A stretch of 64,000 bases of DNA, from NCBI GenBank assembly GCA_963766075.1, contig CAVYAN010000072.1, positions 32,001 through 96,000 on the forward strand. Direction: 5' to 3'. Position numbers and translations under genes: made by a program. Source of the DNA: an uncultured cyanobacterium. Its GTDB lineage: Bacteria > Cyanobacteriota > Cyanobacteriia > Leptolyngbyales > Leptolyngbyaceae. The notes beneath the pieces were generated by a model, which saw only the letters and a list, made by a program, of their open reading frames with translations, had not been told where the DNA came from and searched no databases. Shown here piece after piece: positions 31,354 through 42,308 of the stretch; the stretch's first letter is position 1; each line of letters begins with the position of its first letter.

Positions 31354-32201
31354 ATCGGCAAGAGTCTCCCACGGAAGAACTAAATGTTAGAACGACGACG
31401 AACAAAAGGCTAATGGGAAGCAATTCCAGGAAGACAATTCCGCCACCAAGCTGAACCATTTAGGCTTCAAAGCCCCTGAGACTTTAAGACCCCTTAGGCT
31501 GCCAGCCCCCTAGGCTTCAAGGATTGTCTCGGCAATCAGCAATTTCCTCAATCGGCAATTTAGTATGCACGACATGGAGGAGTTTACCGCATTAATCGAA
31601 TTATTTTATCTTGCCCTGAGAACCTGTGTCGGTTCGGTCGCCCCAGTCGTAAAAATTTATATTCCGTAACTTTTGCAGTTAACTTCTTTATCGTCCCTTC
31701 GCAGATTGAAGCCACCGAGTGTTAGGGATGCAGCGGCTTCAGGCTGGGTGGGGATTTCTAGAGGCAGAATTTTCCTAGGCGGTTATGAACGGTGTAGCGT
31801 TAGCCCGCTGTGTTCCGGGGGCAACCTGAAACAAGGTAAGTCCGTGGATTCTGTTATTTCGGAGAGGGTTCTCCGTATATTCCAACACATGCATACGAGT
31901 TCCACCCCTGCGGCTAGATTGGCTAAATTCTTTGCAGTTCAGGCAATAGACCCGACAGGACTAGGAATCGTTACACGTGCCGCCAGTATCCATTCTGAAC
32001 TTGGGGAAGTATCCGGGGAATGGGCAGATTGCCTATCTCTAGGATCATTCATCGAGTGTCAAGGCGCGACTTCGGGCCCCTGTGATCCACAGGAACCTCA
32101 AGGCGACAGCCCCCTAACCTCCCACCGTTGATTTCAAGAGCAATCCATTGATTCTTCAGTCACGTGTTCATTCAAGTGCCCATCCAGCAGGAGAGCGGTG
32201 C

Positions 32202-35200
32202 ATGAAAGTGTCCTCCAACCTCAAGCCCAAAATTCTGGTCGTCGATGACGAACCCGATAATTTGGACTTGCTATATCGAACTTTCCACCGCGAATTTAAA
32301 GTCCTTCGAGCAGAAAATGGTCCCGCAGCCCTGGACATTCTGGCGAATGAAGGGGATATCGCTGTGATCATTTCTGACCAGCGGATGCCGATGATGAGCG
32401 GCACAGAATTTTTGAGTCTGACGGCGACCCAGTATCCGGACATTATTCGGATTATTTTGACGGGCTATACCGATGTGGAAGATTTAGTTGAGGCGATCAA
32501 CTCGGGAAAAGTCTTCAAATACGTAACCAAGCCCTGGGACGACGACGAGCTTAAGGGCGTGGTGCGGCAGGCCGTGGATACCCACAACGTCTTGAAGGCG
32601 CGGACACGGGAACTGCGGCGATCGCTGCGCCAAGAATCTCTGCTCAATACCGTCACCAACAGCATTCGCAGTGCCCTCAGCTATGACCAGATCTTGCAAA
32701 CCATTGGCGAATCGGTTGGCCAGATGCTGGAAGTGAGCGCCTGTGTCGTTTGTCCGTTTCAAAATGGGCAAATGGGCGATCAATGGTTCGTCTACCTCAA
32801 CCCACAGGAACCACAGCCCACCGGGACATTGCTGAATACCCTCAAGCTGACCCTGGCCCAAACCGTCTGGGAAACCCGCCATGTGCAAGCGATTTTAGAC
32901 GTCAAAACCGACGATCGCCTCCAAGGCGATACCAGTAGCGCCCAGCGCCGTCGCCAAGCCTACGAGCAAGCCAACATTGCTTCTAGCCTGATTGTGCCTT
33001 TAATCTGTCAACAGGAATTAATTGCAGTGCTAGCCCTGCATCAGCGCCATACGCTACGCCTATGGCAGGATGAAGAGGTTCAACTCATGGATATGGTGGC
33101 CGACCAAGCGGCCCTCGCCTTGTCCCAAGCCCACGCCTATGAACAAGTGCGAGCACTGGCCAAACGGGAAGTGTTGATCAACACCATCACAACCGCGATT
33201 CGCTCCAGCTTGGATCCCCAAGATATTTTTGCCGCAATTACCCAGCAGTTGGGACAAGCCCTGCATGTGGACGGTTGTGCCCTGTCGCTGTGGACCGGTG
33301 AAGATGAGTATGTGCAGTGTGTCGGATTGCATGATTCCAGTCAGCCGGAGCCAGCAATCCTGGCGGCCACTGTGGAGGGCCAGGTTTGGCAAGCCACGGA
33401 TACCCCCTTTGATCCACCAAGCGGCGCGAATCAAACGGATCAAACGGATCAACAGATAGAAGATTTAGCGATCGCCGACCCGCGATCGCTGCCTCAATCG
33501 CGGGTGCCCATCGCCGGAAACCCTGTGCTGAAGCACCTCATGGATTCTCAGCAGCCCGTCGTACTGAACGATATGAGTGAGTATCCTGAGCTAGATGGTC
33601 CCGAACAACCCTTCCGCTCGAAATCTCAGGCGCTGTTGGTGGTGCCGCTCATCTCCGACGGCAAGATTATTGGCAGTATTTCTTTGAGGCAAAATAAATC
33701 ACCTCGGTTCTGGAAACTGGCAGAAATTGAATTAGCCCAAGCGGTGGCGGCCCAAGCGGCGATCGCCGTGCAACAGTCCCGCCTGTATCAAACGACCCGG
33801 CTGCAAGCTGAACAACTCTTGGCCTTGGACCGCCAAAAAACGGAGTTCTTTCAGAACATTAGCCACGAATTTCGGACGCCTCTAACACTCACCCTAGGTC
33901 CGTTGGAATCGGCAGTGGCGCAGCAGCAAGGACTCTCCTATGAGCAGTCGATGATTGCGCTGCGGAATTCGCGGCGCTTGCTGCGGCTGGTCAACCAACT
34001 GCTAGACCTGCAACGACTGGATGCGGGCCGCATGCAAGCCGTCTTCCGACCCTGCGACTTAGTCGATTTTGTCAGTCAAACTGTGGATGCCTTCCGGACC
34101 TATTGCGAAAAGAAAGGGATCCTTCTGAAAACGGATTTACAGCCCTGTCCTACGGTGTATCTGGACCTAGAGCGATTCGATAAAGTGCTGTACAACCTGC
34201 TGTCGAATGCGATGAAGTTCACACCAGACGATGGGTGCATTACCGTCACCTTGGCGGCAGTGGGCGATCGCTGTCTAATCCAGGTGATCGATACCGGGAT
34301 CGGCATTCGGGAGGATCAGCTCCCCCTGCTGTTCCAACGGTTTCGGCAGGCGGAAGGGTCGGCCAGCCGCAGCTACGAAGGCACGGGACTGGGACTGGCC
34401 TTGGTCAAGGAGCTGGTAGAACTGCACAACGGCACAGTGGATGTGACCTCGACCTACGGCTCCGGTACCACATTCACCGTCTCTCTGCCCAGCGGCTCCG
34501 AACATTTGACCGAGGAGCAAATTATTCCGGAGCAGGCAGAGGTGCAACCGTTGAGAGCAGCGGTAGAGTTGGCCGATTTAGAAATGGAGTTACAGGACAA
34601 TCAGGAAACAGCGGACACTGACGAGATTGGCCAGCCCAATGCCCCTGGGGACGGGGAGCACAAGGCCGCGAAAATTTTGATTGTGGACGATAATCCCGAC
34701 CTGCGGGTCTATCTTTCCAGCATTTTGCGCACCAAGGGGTACCAAGTGTGGACAGCGCGGAATGGGGCAGAGGGCTTGCAACGGGCATTGGAGCATCATC
34801 CCCAGTTAATCATCACGGATTTAATGATGCCCAAGGTTTCGGGATTGGACTTAATCCGGATGATTCGGGAGGATGAGGCACTCCAGGGCACGCCCGTGGT
34901 GCTGCTCACGGCCAAGGCAGACGAAGATACGCGGATTGATGGGGTGGAACAGGGCGCAGATGCCTATTTATCGAAGCCGTTTAGCGATCGCGAATTGTTG
35001 GCGGAGGTCCATAATCTGTTGGCGCTGAAGGCCAATGAGCAGCGGGTAGCGGAACTGAACACCTACCTCACCGAATCCGTCCTGAAACGATTTTTGCCCG
35101 CTTCGTTGGTCCAGCGGGCCGCCAAGGGCGATTTATCCCTCGATTTACGTCCGGAACCGCGCCTGCTGACGGTACTGTTTACCGACATTATTGGGTTTAC

Positions 35201-35717
35201 CCAGTTGTCGAACACGCTGCGATCGCGTCGAGTGGCGGAATTGCTGAACGAGTATCTGGCCGAGATGACCCAAGTGATTTTTACCAATGGCGGCACCATC
35301 GACAAGTTTATGGGGGATGCGATTTTGGCGCTGTTTGGCGCTCCGGAGGAATTGAACCCCAACGAGCAGGTCCGACGAGCCGTCCAAACCGCGCGCCAAA
35401 TGCGGCGATCGCTCAATTTACTGAACCAGCGCTGGCAAGAACAGGGCATTGGCCCCGTGCAGTTCCGCTGTGGCATCCATCAGGGCACAGCAGTGGTAGG
35501 GATGTTTGGCGGTGCAGAGCGATCGGACTATACGGCGATTGGTCCCAGCGTGAATATTGCCTCGCGGATTCAGGCCGTGGCAGAACCCGATACGATTTTG
35601 GTATCGGCGGCGGTGGCAGATTATCTTGCTGAGGACGAGATTACCAAGTTCAGTCCGCTACAACTGAAGGGCGTGGATGAAACGGTGCTGACATTTGCCG
35701 TGAGGCCGGAGTTGTAA
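32202..35717 (+). CDS. cyaC: Multidomain adenylate cyclase CyaC (REC-GAF-GAF-HisKA-HATPase-REC-cyclase)
   Basis: Receiver SDQRMP, two GAF domains, SHEFRTPLT, GTGLGL, second receiver, class III cyclase FTDIIGFT/IDKFMGDA/VNIASR. ATG at 32202 follows AGGAG. Confidence 0.92.
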   Translation: MKVSSNLKPKILVVDDEPDNLDLLYRTFHREFKVLRAENGPAALDILANEGDIAVIISDQRMPMMSGTEFLSLTATQYPDIIRIILTGYTDVEDLVEAINSGKVFKYVTKPWDDDELKGVVRQAVDTHNVLKARTRELRRSLRQESLLNTVTNSIRSALSYDQILQTIGESVGQMLEVSACVVCPFQNGQMGDQWFVYLNPQEPQPTGTLLNTLKLTLAQTVWETRHVQAILDVKTDDRLQGDTSSAQRRRQAYEQANIASSLIVPLICQQELIAVLALHQRHTLRLWQDEEVQLMDMVADQAALALSQAHAYEQVRALAKREVLINTITTAIRSSLDPQDIFAAITQQLGQALHVDGCALSLWTGEDEYVQCVGLHDSSQPEPAILAATVEGQVWQATDTPFDPPSGANQTDQTDQQIEDLAIADPRSLPQSRVPIAGNPVLKHLMDSQQPVVLNDMSEYPELDGPEQPFRSKSQALLVVPLISDGKIIGSISLRQNKSPRFWKLAEIELAQAVAAQAAIAVQQSRLYQTTRLQAEQLLALDRQKTEFFQNISHEFRTPLTLTLGPLESAVAQQQGLSYEQSMIALRNSRRLLRLVNQLLDLQRLDAGRMQAVFRPCDLVDFVSQTVDAFRTYCEKKGILLKTDLQPCPTVYLDLERFDKVLYNLLSNAMKFTPDDGCITVTLAAVGDRCLIQVIDTGIGIREDQLPLLFQRFRQAEGSASRSYEGTGLGLALVKELVELHNGTVDVTSTYGSGTTFTVSLPSGSEHLTEEQIIPEQAEVQPLRAAVELADLEMELQDNQETADTDEIGQPNAPGDGEHKAAKILIVDDNPDLRVYLSSILRTKGYQVWTARNGAEGLQRALEHHPQLIITDLMMPKVSGLDLIRMIREDEALQGTPVVLLTAKADEDTRIDGVEQGADAYLSKPFSDRELLAEVHNLLALKANEQRVAELNTYLTESVLKRFLPASLVQRAAKGDLSLDLRPEPRLLTVLFTDIIGFTQLSNTLRSRRVAELLNEYLAEMTQVIFTNGGTIDKFMGDAILALFGAPEELNPNEQVRRAVQTARQMRRSLNLLNQRWQEQGIGPVQFRCGIHQGTAVVGMFGGAERSDYTAIGPSVNIASRIQAVAEPDTILVSAAVADYLAEDEITKFSPLQLKGVDETVLTFAVRPEL

Positions 35718-35837
35718 CAGACCGAAATCATGGGACCAATAGGACCGGCGTGACTTTTTAGGATGTACAGATTAGAGCGAGCAGACGGAGCATACTGACA
35801 AACAGACGGAACATACTATAGTTGTACAATTTGGCAG

Positions 35838-36302
35838 ATGGGTTCTGGGACCATGAGTACAACTGTGACAGCGCGGGTAACGAACGAAACGGAAACGACG
35901 GCTGATCTAACGCTCTGGCTGACGGCGGAGGAACGGACGCGATCGCGCCATCGCTTTGCCACTGCCGAAGGAGAGGTGGTGCATTTGCAGTTGCCCCGAG
36001 GTACGGTGTTGCAGGACGGAGACCTCTTGCGATCGGAGCCGGAAAATCGGATCGTGCGGGTGGTGGCCAAGCCCGAACCCGTGCTCACGGTGACGGCGGA
36101 TTCGGCGCTGACCCTCTTGCAAGCAGCGTATCACCTGGGCAATCGGCATGTGCCCTTAGAAATTACTGTGGCCTATTTGCGCCTATCCCCCGATCCCGTA
36201 CTGAAGGATTTACTGGAGCATCGCGGCTTGCAGGTGATGGAAGAGATTCAGCCCTTTGACCCGGAGACAGGGGCCTATGGGGGTGGCCATGGCCACGGGT
36301 AA
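35838..36302 (+). CDS. ureE: Urease accessory protein UreE
   Basis: [31 protein letters not shown], His tail. Confidence 0.94.
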   Translation: MGSGTMSTTVTARVTNETETTADLTLWLTAEERTRSRHRFATAEGEVVHLQLPRGTVLQDGDLLRSEPENRIVRVVAKPEPVLTVTADSALTLLQAAYHLGNRHVPLEITVAYLRLSPDPVLKDLLEHRGLQVMEEIQPFDPETGAYGGGHGHG

Positions 36303-36421
36303 CCCTACCCGGTTTAGATTTTAGATTGACGATTTTGGATTTTGGGCGTCCGTTCCCAGCGCGTTGGCCTCCGCGCGCCATCCAAGAACCTTGAAGATTT
36401 TACATTGATGCAGGATCAGGT

Positions 36422-37105
36422 ATGCAGGATCAGGTGCTGTTAAGGCTCTTGCAGTTGGCGAGTTCGGCCTTGCCGATCGGGGCGTATAGTTACTCCGAAG
36501 GGTTGGAGGCCGTTATTGAAGCGGGACAGATGCCCACAGGAGCGATCTTGCAGGAGTGGTTGACCCAGGAGTTGAACGTTGGGGCGATGCGGACGGAGGC
36601 AGCGATTTTGGCGCGGGGCTATAGGGCAGTGGAACGGGAGGACTGGCTGGATTTGATTGCCTGGAATCAAAAGCTGTCGGCCTTACGAGAGGCCGAGGAA
36701 ATGCGATCGCAAAGTTGGCAGATGGGGCGATCGCTGCTGCGGCTTTTTCTCGATTTGGAACCGCAGTGCTTGGATAGTGATCTGGTGACCACGCTACAGG
36801 CTGACGGGTGCAATGGGGCGATCGCCTTTAGCTTAGTGGCAGCCCAGTGGCATCTGGGCGTGCAATCCACCGTCTTGGGATATTTACACAGTTGGGCCAC
36901 CAATTTAGTAGGCGCAGGGATTAAGCTGATTCCCCTGGGCCAAACCGCAGGGCAACGGCTATTGCTCGATCTGCATCCTGTGATCGCCGCCGCCGCCGCC
37001 GAGGCATTAGTGCTGCCAGAGGAGCAATTTGGCAGTTGTGGTTGGGGCTTAGCACTGGCGAGCATGGCCCACGAGACCCAATACAGTCGGCTCTTTCGGA
37101 GCTAA
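36422..37105 (+). CDS. ureF: Urease accessory protein UreF
   Basis: LPIGAYSYSEGLE, PLGQTAGQ, HETQYSRLFRS. Confidence 0.95.
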   Translation: MQDQVLLRLLQLASSALPIGAYSYSEGLEAVIEAGQMPTGAILQEWLTQELNVGAMRTEAAILARGYRAVEREDWLDLIAWNQKLSALREAEEMRSQSWQMGRSLLRLFLDLEPQCLDSDLVTTLQADGCNGAIAFSLVAAQWHLGVQSTVLGYLHSWATNLVGAGIKLIPLGQTAGQRLLLDLHPVIAAAAAEALVLPEEQFGSCGWGLALASMAHETQYSRLFRS

Positions 37106-37249
37106 GGTTCCTCAATACTACAGGGAAATCCTGATTTAAATCTGGATGTCTAGTCGAGACGTTGAACTGGACGATAAGCACGGTAAGCTGGAAGGCAAAG
37201 TTGGTGATAAAACCGCAATCAAACCTATGACAAACACCTGTGACGACTT

Positions 37250-37852
37250 ATGACGAATACAGTGCGCATTGGGGTGGCGGGTCCGGTGGGTTCAGGAAAA
37301 ACGGCGTTGGTGGATGCGCTGTGTAAGGCGCTGCGGCAGGACTATAACCTGGCGGTAGTGACCAATGATATTTACACCCAAGAAGATGCCCAGTTTTTGG
37401 TGCAGAGTCAGGCGTTGACCGGCGATCGCATTGTGGGCGTGGAAACGGGGGGATGCCCCCATACGGCGATTCGGGAAGATGCCTCCATGAATTTGGCGGC
37501 GATCGAAAGTTTGGAACAACGGTTTCCCGGTCTAGATCTGATCTTTGTGGAAAGTGGTGGTGACAATCTGGCGGCCACCTTTAGTCCGGAATTGGTAGAC
37601 CTAACAATTTATGTAATTGATGTGGCCGGGGGCGACAAGATTCCCCGGAAAGGTGGGCCAGGAATTACGAAATCGGATTTGTTAGTGATTAATAAAACTG
37701 ACCTAGCGCCCTACGTGGGCGCAGATTTGGCCGTAATGGATCGGGATGCCCAGAAAATGCGGGGCGAGAAGCCCTTTGTGTTTACCAATCTAAAGACCCA
37801 AGCGGGACTGCCGGATGTGGTGCGTTTCGTGCAAAATTTCCACTCTACATAA
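37250..37852 (+). CDS. ureG: Urease accessory GTPase UreG
   Basis: [26 protein letters not shown]. Confidence 0.97.
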   Translation: MTNTVRIGVAGPVGSGKTALVDALCKALRQDYNLAVVTNDIYTQEDAQFLVQSQALTGDRIVGVETGGCPHTAIREDASMNLAAIESLEQRFPGLDLIFVESGGDNLAATFSPELVDLTIYVIDVAGGDKIPRKGGPGITKSDLLVINKTDLAPYVGADLAVMDRDAQKMRGEKPFVFTNLKTQAGLPDVVRFVQNFHST

Positions 37853-38036
37853 CGGGTTTGCAGCCGTTTGGCGACAGGGAAACTACGGATAGAGCGATCA
37901 CCCGATTCTAGGGTCAAGTGGGGAGCTATTTCTTCTGCCCAAGAAGATTTCAGCCTGAGATGCAGGTTCAAACCGGGCAATCCTCGCCCATACAGGAATT
38001 ATACTGAGTCGAGTTCCGAGGATCGAAATGGGAAAT

Positions 38037-38078
38037 TGTATAGACAGTTACATTTTTTCGATGAATTCACGCCATAAT
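38037..38078 (+). promoter_or_regulatory. NtcA box and -10 element of the urt promoter
   Basis: TGTA-TAGACAGT-TACA (GTA-N8-TAC) with CATAAT 21 nt after the TAC, upstream of urtA, a known NtcA target in cyanobacteria. Confidence 0.8.
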
Positions 38079-38148
38079 ACTCAGAGTTATCACCGAGAAC
38101 ATGTCATGGTTTTCGGACTCATTCTTTAGTGGGGAGCGCAACGTTCTA

Positions 38149-39468
38149 ATGTCAAATCAGTTTAATCGACGTGAGTTCATCTTGTTTGGGACTGCTGCGG
38201 CTGGGAGCATTCTCCTGAAGTCCTGCGCCAGTGCTCCAACCCCCAGCGGTTCTCCGGAGGCGTCCCCCTCTGCTTCTGCCTCCCCCGCAGCAGGCGGTGG
38301 CAACACCATCAAGGTGGGGATTTTGCATTCCTTGAGCGGCACCATGGCAATCTCTGAAAAGAGCGTGGTCGATGCCGAGAACTTGGCGATCGAAGAAATT
38401 AACAAAGCCGGCGGTGTTCTAGGCAAGCAAATCGAAGCAATCACCGAAGATGGTGCATCGGATTGGCCCACCTTTAACGAAAAGGCGAAGAAGCTCATTG
38501 ATCAAGATAAGGTCGTCACGGTGTTTGGCTGCTGGACTTCTGCTAGCCGCAAGGCCGTGTTGCCTACCTTTGAATCGAAAAACCACATGCTGTGGTACCC
38601 CGTCCAATACGAGGGTCAAGAATGCTCGAAGAATGTCTTTTACACTGGTGCCGCTCCCAACCAGCAAATTGAGCCCTCTGTAGACTGGCTGCTGGAAAAA
38701 TATAAGGGCAAGCCCTTCTTCTTGGTGGGTTCTGACTATGTCTTCCCCCGCACAGCTAACACTATCATCAAGGCTCAGCTCGCGGCTAAAGGCGGCAAGG
38801 TAGTTGGAGAAGATTACATCCCCTTGGGCAGTACTGAAGTTACCCCCATCATCTCCAAAATCAAGGCCGCATTGCCCGATGGCGGTGTGATTTATAACAG
38901 CTTGAATGGTGACAGTAACGTAGCGCTGTTTAAGCAAATGCAAGGTGCGGGCTTGGGTCCCGATAAGTATCCGTCCATGTCCGTGTCAATTGCCGAAGAA
39001 GAAGTGAAGGCGATCGGTGTGGAATACTTGAAGGGCCACTATGCCGCGTGGAACTACTTCCAAACCGTAGAGAGTCCTGAAAGCAAGAAGTTCGTCGAAG
39101 CCTTCAAAGCCAAATACGGTGCGGATCGGGTTGTGAACGATCCCATGGAAGCGGCCTACATCATGGTGTACCTGTGGAAGCAAGCCGTGGAAAAAGCCAA
39201 AACCTACGAGGATCTAGAAAAGGTGCGCATGGCGGCCCTGGGACAAACCTTTGCGGCTCCGGAAGGAGAGGTAACCTTGGAAAATAATCACCACTTGGCA
39301 AAGGTGGTGCGGATTGGCCAAGTGCGGGAAGATGGGCTGTTTAACATCGTTTATGACAGCAAAAAGGCTGTTAAGCCTGTGCCCTGGAACCAGTACGTTG
39401 CAGAAACCAAGGGCTTCTCTTGTGATTGGTCTGACCCTGCCAAGGGCGGCAAATACAAGGTGAGCTAG
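38149..39468 (+). CDS. urtA: Urea ABC transporter substrate-binding protein UrtA (track start 38101)
   Basis: RREF signal and lipobox, GILHSLSGTMAISE, FGCWTSASRK, YPVQYEG. Confidence 0.96.
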   Translation: MSNQFNRREFILFGTAAAGSILLKSCASAPTPSGSPEASPSASASPAAGGGNTIKVGILHSLSGTMAISEKSVVDAENLAIEEINKAGGVLGKQIEAITEDGASDWPTFNEKAKKLIDQDKVVTVFGCWTSASRKAVLPTFESKNHMLWYPVQYEGQECSKNVFYTGAAPNQQIEPSVDWLLEKYKGKPFFLVGSDYVFPRTANTIIKAQLAAKGGKVVGEDYIPLGSTEVTPIISKIKAALPDGGVIYNSLNGDSNVALFKQMQGAGLGPDKYPSMSVSIAEEEVKAIGVEYLKGHYAAWNYFQTVESPESKKFVEAFKAKYGADRVVNDPMEAAYIMVYLWKQAVEKAKTYEDLEKVRMAALGQTFAAPEGEVTLENNHHLAKVVRIGQVREDGLFNIVYDSKKAVKPVPWNQYVAETKGFSCDWSDPAKGGKYKVS

Positions 39469-39492
39469 GATTCACGAGTCCGGTTACAGAGT

Positions 39493-39535
39493 GATAGCTC
39501 TGCGATTTCTGATGAAATCGCAGAGTTCGGCTATC
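39493..39535 (+). terminator. Stem-loop after urtA (partial terminator or mRNA stabiliser)
   Basis: CTCTGCGATTTC-TGAT-GAAATCGCAGAG inverted repeat. Confidence 0.55.
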
Positions 39536-39895
39536 TATAATCAGTCGCTAGACGCTCTGTGAATTACCGCTGAGATTCCTCTAGTTTCGCCATCCCACAA
39601 GGTGCTTCAAGCTGAATATTTTCAGAGCTACATTTTCAGAGCTAGAAGTTGGGAACTAATACGTTTAGAAGCCGTTTAAAAGCTTGTAATTTAGGCGTTT
39701 GTAATAGAGCCTTTCATTTTAAGCTTTCATGATGGCTCCGCAAACATTTTCAGGCGAATCTGAGTGGTATCCTGGCTGGTATAGTTGGTTGTGAAAATCC
39801 GATTATAATTTTGTTCGCAACGGCTATTGGTTCGGTGAGTTTTTAGTTTCCCAACTCGATGGTTTTCGGTTTCCTAACTTAAGGGGGATCTCGCA

Positions 39896-41047
39896 TTGTC
39901 TGCATTATTAGAATCCCTGTTTGGTGGACTCAGTATCGGGTCAGTATTGCTACTGTCAGCGCTTGGCCTAGCAATTGTGTTCGGACTGATGGGCGTGATT
40001 AATATGGCCCACGGTGAGTTGATGATGCTGGGCGCTTACACAACGTTTTTGGTGCAGAATGCCTTGAAGAAAACGCCGCTGTCAGAGATTTATATCTTTG
40101 TGGCATTGATTGCGGCCTTTTTGGTGACGGCAGCGATCGGCATTCTTTTAGAGAAATTGGTGGTGCGACATCTGTACGGCAGGCCACTGGAAACCCTTTT
40201 GGCGACTTGGGGTGTGAGTTTGATCCTGCAGCAGTTTGTCCGAAGTGTTGGCTGGCAAATGGTGGTGGGGGTGGGTTTATTTTCTGCACTCTTTTTTGGC
40301 GGATCCTGGCTGTTGGCCAAGCGCCCCAATTTTGAACGGATTCGTGCCCTAGCGACGCCCGCTCTGTTTGTCTTGTCGGGGGCGATCGCTCTCGTTGTTT
40401 CTAATGTTTTGGGAACGACCTATAAGCTCGCTTTTACGCGACCCTGGTTTGGGACTCAGGGTGTGGATGTGACCGCGCCGAAATGGCTGCGAGGCGGCCT
40501 GCCGTTGGGGACTTACCAGCTTCCCTATACACGCCTCTTTATTATTTTGTTGACCATTGCCTGCGTCTTGGGGGTCTATTGGTTTCTGAATAAAACACCC
40601 TGGGGTCTGCGAATTCGCTCTGTAACGCAAAATCGATCAATGAGTGCCTGTTTGGGCATTCCAACGAAACAGGTGGATGCCCTTACCTTTGCCATTGGCT
40701 CCGGGCTGGCGGGTGTAGCCGGATGTGCGGTCGCGCTGTTGGGGTCGGTAAGTTCCAATACCGGACAAGCCTATATCGTGGATACGTTTATGGTGGTCGT
40801 GGTTGGTGGCGTGGGCAAGCTGGTGGGCAGCATCGTGGCAGCTAGTGTGATTGGCACCTTGACCTATGTGATTGGCTCCAATACGTTGGGACCACTGGTG
40901 GGATTTAGTGATTTCCTCAAGAGCTTTTTTGAGTTTTTTGCTTCGACGCCAATGGCAAAGGTGATGATTTTTACCTTTATTGTGATTTTTCTACAGTTTC
41001 GTCCAGCAGGACTGTTTCCTCAACGGGGAAGAACTGCGGAGAATTGA
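39896..41047 (+). CDS. urtB: Urea ABC transporter permease UrtB
   Basis: GLMGVINMAHGE, RPLETLLATWG, FRPAGLFP. Confidence 0.95.
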   Translation: MSALLESLFGGLSIGSVLLLSALGLAIVFGLMGVINMAHGELMMLGAYTTFLVQNALKKTPLSEIYIFVALIAAFLVTAAIGILLEKLVVRHLYGRPLETLLATWGVSLILQQFVRSVGWQMVVGVGLFSALFFGGSWLLAKRPNFERIRALATPALFVLSGAIALVVSNVLGTTYKLAFTRPWFGTQGVDVTAPKWLRGGLPLGTYQLPYTRLFIILLTIACVLGVYWFLNKTPWGLRIRSVTQNRSMSACLGIPTKQVDALTFAIGSGLAGVAGCAVALLGSVSSNTGQAYIVDTFMVVVVGGVGKLVGSIVAASVIGTLTYVIGSNTLGPLVGFSDFLKSFFEFFASTPMAKVMIFTFIVIFLQFRPAGLFPQRGRTAEN

Positions 41048-41108
41048 TCCAGGGGCGATGCTCCGAGATTGATGCGTTGATTAGGACTGGAATCCTTGCA
41101 GAGGCAGT

Positions 41109-42308
41109 ATGGTAGAAACAGTGGGGGTTGAGGATCAGGTGAGTCGTGGGGGCAAACGGCGGCGATCGCTGGCGATGGAAGTCGCTATTGTCGTTGGCTT
41201 GGCGCTGATTTTTCTGTTTGTGATTCCAGGAATTTTGGCGGCCACGGGTCAAGGGGTCCGAATTAATCAGCTAGGGCGATTTTTGGCCTTGGGCATTGTC
41301 GCCTTGGGCATCGATTTGATTTGGGGCTACACAGGAATGTTGAGCCTGGGGCACGGCGTATTTTTTGCCCTGGGTGGCTATGCCTTGGCCATGTATTTGT
41401 CGTTGCAGTTGCCTGCTGGACAAATACCAGAATTCTTTAACCTGTACGGGGTGACGGAGTTGCCGCTGTTTTGGCAGCCGTTTTACTCACTGCCCTTCAC
41501 GGCGCTGGCAATCTTTGTGATTCCGACGGTGGTGGCAGGCTTATTGGGCTACCTTGTGTTTCGCAACCGCATTCGGGGCGTCTATTTCTCGATCCTGACC
41601 CAGGCTTCACTGATCGTATTTTTCAACTTTTTTAATGGTCAGCAAAAGTTGATTAATGGCACCAACGGCCTGAAGACGGATACGGCCACCTTCCTGGGCA
41701 CCCAGGTAGCGGATCCGAAAATTCAGACTTTGTTTTATGGATTGAGCGTTTTGTTTCTGGTGGGCAGCTATGCGCTTTGTCGGTGGCTGACCAGTGGCCG
41801 ACTGGGACGTATTCTCGTTGCCATTCGCGATGATGAACCCCGGCTGCGGTTTTCGGGCTACAACCCCACCTGGTATAAAGTATTCGTATTTGCGATATCA
41901 GCAGGGTTGGCAGGCATTGCCGGTGCCCTCTTTACGGTACAGTCCGGCATCATTACTCCCAGTTCGTCGATGAGTGTGGCGGCTTCGATTGAAATGGTGA
42001 TTTGGGTGGCAGTAGGCGGACGCGGTACTTTAGTAGGGGCAATTCTGGGGACACTGCTGGTAAACTTTGCGCGGACGCTGTTGAGTGAAAAGTTTCCGGA
42101 AATTTGGCTGTTTTTCCAGGGCATGTTGTTCTTAGTGGTCGTGACGGTTTTGCCAGAGGGCATCCTCGGCTGGTTCCGGACAGAAGGCAAAGAGTGGCTG
42201 CGATCGCTGTCTCGCCGCCGTCGAATTTCAACTTATCCCAGTTTAGAAGAAGATTTGGATGTGCAGTATGAGCGCGAAACTGTTGGAAATCGAGAATCTG
42301 ACGGTTGA
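41109..42308 (+). CDS. urtC: Urea ABC transporter permease UrtC
   Basis: DLIWGYTGMLSLGHG, GVYFSILTQA, WVAVGGRGTL. Confidence 0.95.
   Translation: MVETVGVEDQVSRGGKRRRSLAMEVAIVVGLALIFLFVIPGILAATGQGVRINQLGRFLALGIVALGIDLIWGYTGMLSLGHGVFFALGGYALAMYLSLQLPAGQIPEFFNLYGVTELPLFWQPFYSLPFTALAIFVIPTVVAGLLGYLVFRNRIRGVYFSILTQASLIVFFNFFNGQQKLINGTNGLKTDTATFLGTQVADPKIQTLFYGLSVLFLVGSYALCRWLTSGRLGRILVAIRDDEPRLRFSGYNPTWYKVFVFAISAGLAGIAGALFTVQSGIITPSSSMSVAASIEMVIWVAVGGRGTLVGAILGTLLVNFARTLLSEKFPEIWLFFQGMLFLVVVTVLPEGILGWFRTEGKEWLRSLSRRRRISTYPSLEEDLDVQYERETVGNRESDG

Noticed and set aside
31673..32131. 152-aa ORF upstream of cyaC
   Set aside because: TTG start, no RBS or domain features.
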